Source of the DNA: Cyanophora paradoxa CCMP329
Lineage: Eukaryota > Plantae > Glaucophyta
Direction of reading: 5' to 3'
NCBI GenBank assembly: GCA_004431415.1
Contig: QPMI01000201.1
Span: 50,998-114,997 of the forward strand
DNA: 64,000 nt
Shown here: one piece after another, positions 63,501-64,000 of the stretch
How the letters are laid out: the number at the start of each line of letters is the position of its first letter
How positions within the stretch are numbered: the stretch's first letter is position 1
Made by a program: the position numbers and the translations under genes
Notes under the pieces: model-generated
What the model was told of the DNA's origin: nothing
The model's input: only the letters and a program-made list of their open reading frames with translations
The model's database searches: none

Positions 63501-64000
63501 GGCGCGGGGCCGTGATGGCGCGCGGAGCGCTTCCGGCGACGCCCAACGGGGCCCGTAGTGAGCGCATTGCGTGGCCATGAGGGGGCTGACGGGGGCGCGG
63601 GGGCGTTGTGCGCAGGACGGGAAGCGGATCGTCTCGGGGAGCCACGACAACTCGGTGCGGGTGTGGGATGCGGAAACAGGGGCGGAGCTGCTGCTGCTGC
63701 AAGGCCACGCGGACTCGATCACCTCGGTGGCAGTGTCGGCGGTGCGCGAGGGAGGAGAGAGGGGCGGGGTCCTGGGCGGCCCGAAGAACGTGCAGCGGGC
63801 ATCGCAAAGGGGATGGGGCCGGCGCGGGGCCGCAATAGGGCACAGAGTGCTTTCGGCGACGCCCAATGGGGCCCGGGGCGAGCGCATTGCGTGGCCATGA
63901 GGGGGCTGACGGGGGCGCGGGGGCGTGGTGCGCAGGACGGGAAGCGGATCGTCTCGGGGAGCCGCGCCAACTTGCTTACTTGCTGCTGGGGGGGGTGCGG
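51572..64000 (+). CDS. NLR-like protein: ARM-like, TIR (degenerate), TIR, SAM, SAM, STAND/NACHT-like NTPase, pentapeptide, WD40 array; runs off the window
   Basis: TIR2: RVFFCHA...DCW...[14 protein letters not shown]...[11 protein letters not shown]. SAMs: WTDSDVVAW...[17 protein letters not shown] and WNEEDVVEW...[17 protein letters not shown]. Walker [12 protein letters not shown], Walker [54 protein letters not shown], then WD40 exons. The link from start MGCGAS to the next exon is less certain. Confidence 0.88.
59396..64000 (+). repeat. Tandem ~320-bp exon+intron units, one WD40 repeat per exon
   Basis: Exons at 59396-59521, 59715-59840, 60040-60171, 60364-60501, 60688-60813, 61046-61171, 61376-61501, 61696-61821, 62016-62141, 62340-62465, 62659-62784, 62979-63110, 63296-63421, 63616-63741, and 63936- (partial). 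All are CAG|GA(C/T)...|GTGCGC, phase 0, with a CTGAC branch site. Confidence 0.96.

Noticed and set aside
59396-64000. CRISPR array or diversity-generating retroelement
   Set aside because: The units are coding exons plus spliceosomal introns. There are no unique spacers, no cas or reverse transcriptase gene in the window, and variation is not adenine-specific.

Overview
Gene-dense, GC-rich eukaryotic nuclear DNA with many short spliceosomal introns. These introns often carry a CTGAC branch motif and a GC donor, so most long six-frame ORFs are artefacts. A nuclear psbU with an MAF- transit peptide and an aspartate kinase starting MAAAF suggest a glaucophyte alga such as Cyanophora (inference). 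Genes in order: Tpt1, kinesin, aspartate kinase, cupin, LRR protein, nucleoside hydrolase-like protein, enoyl-CoA hydratase, DDB1, a secreted propeller-like protein, a DDB1 pseudo-fragment, a GAF adenylate cyclase, a hAT MITE, an RRM protein, a PPR protein, psbU, two poorly defined lower-GC genes, a microexon-encoded ARID + SAP30-C protein, a CEP164-like protein and a RecD2-OB + DEDDh exonuclease. The main finding spans about 51.6 kb to the window end. It is an NLR-like gene: ARM-like, degenerate TIR, intact TIR, SAM, SAM, STAND/NACHT-like NTPase, pentapeptide repeats, then WD40. Each WD40 repeat is its own phase-0 exon in a ~320-bp tandem exon+intron array, with variation concentrated at the positions that are hypervariable in fungal HET-E/HNWD receptors. 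All exon models were read by eye; no searches were run.
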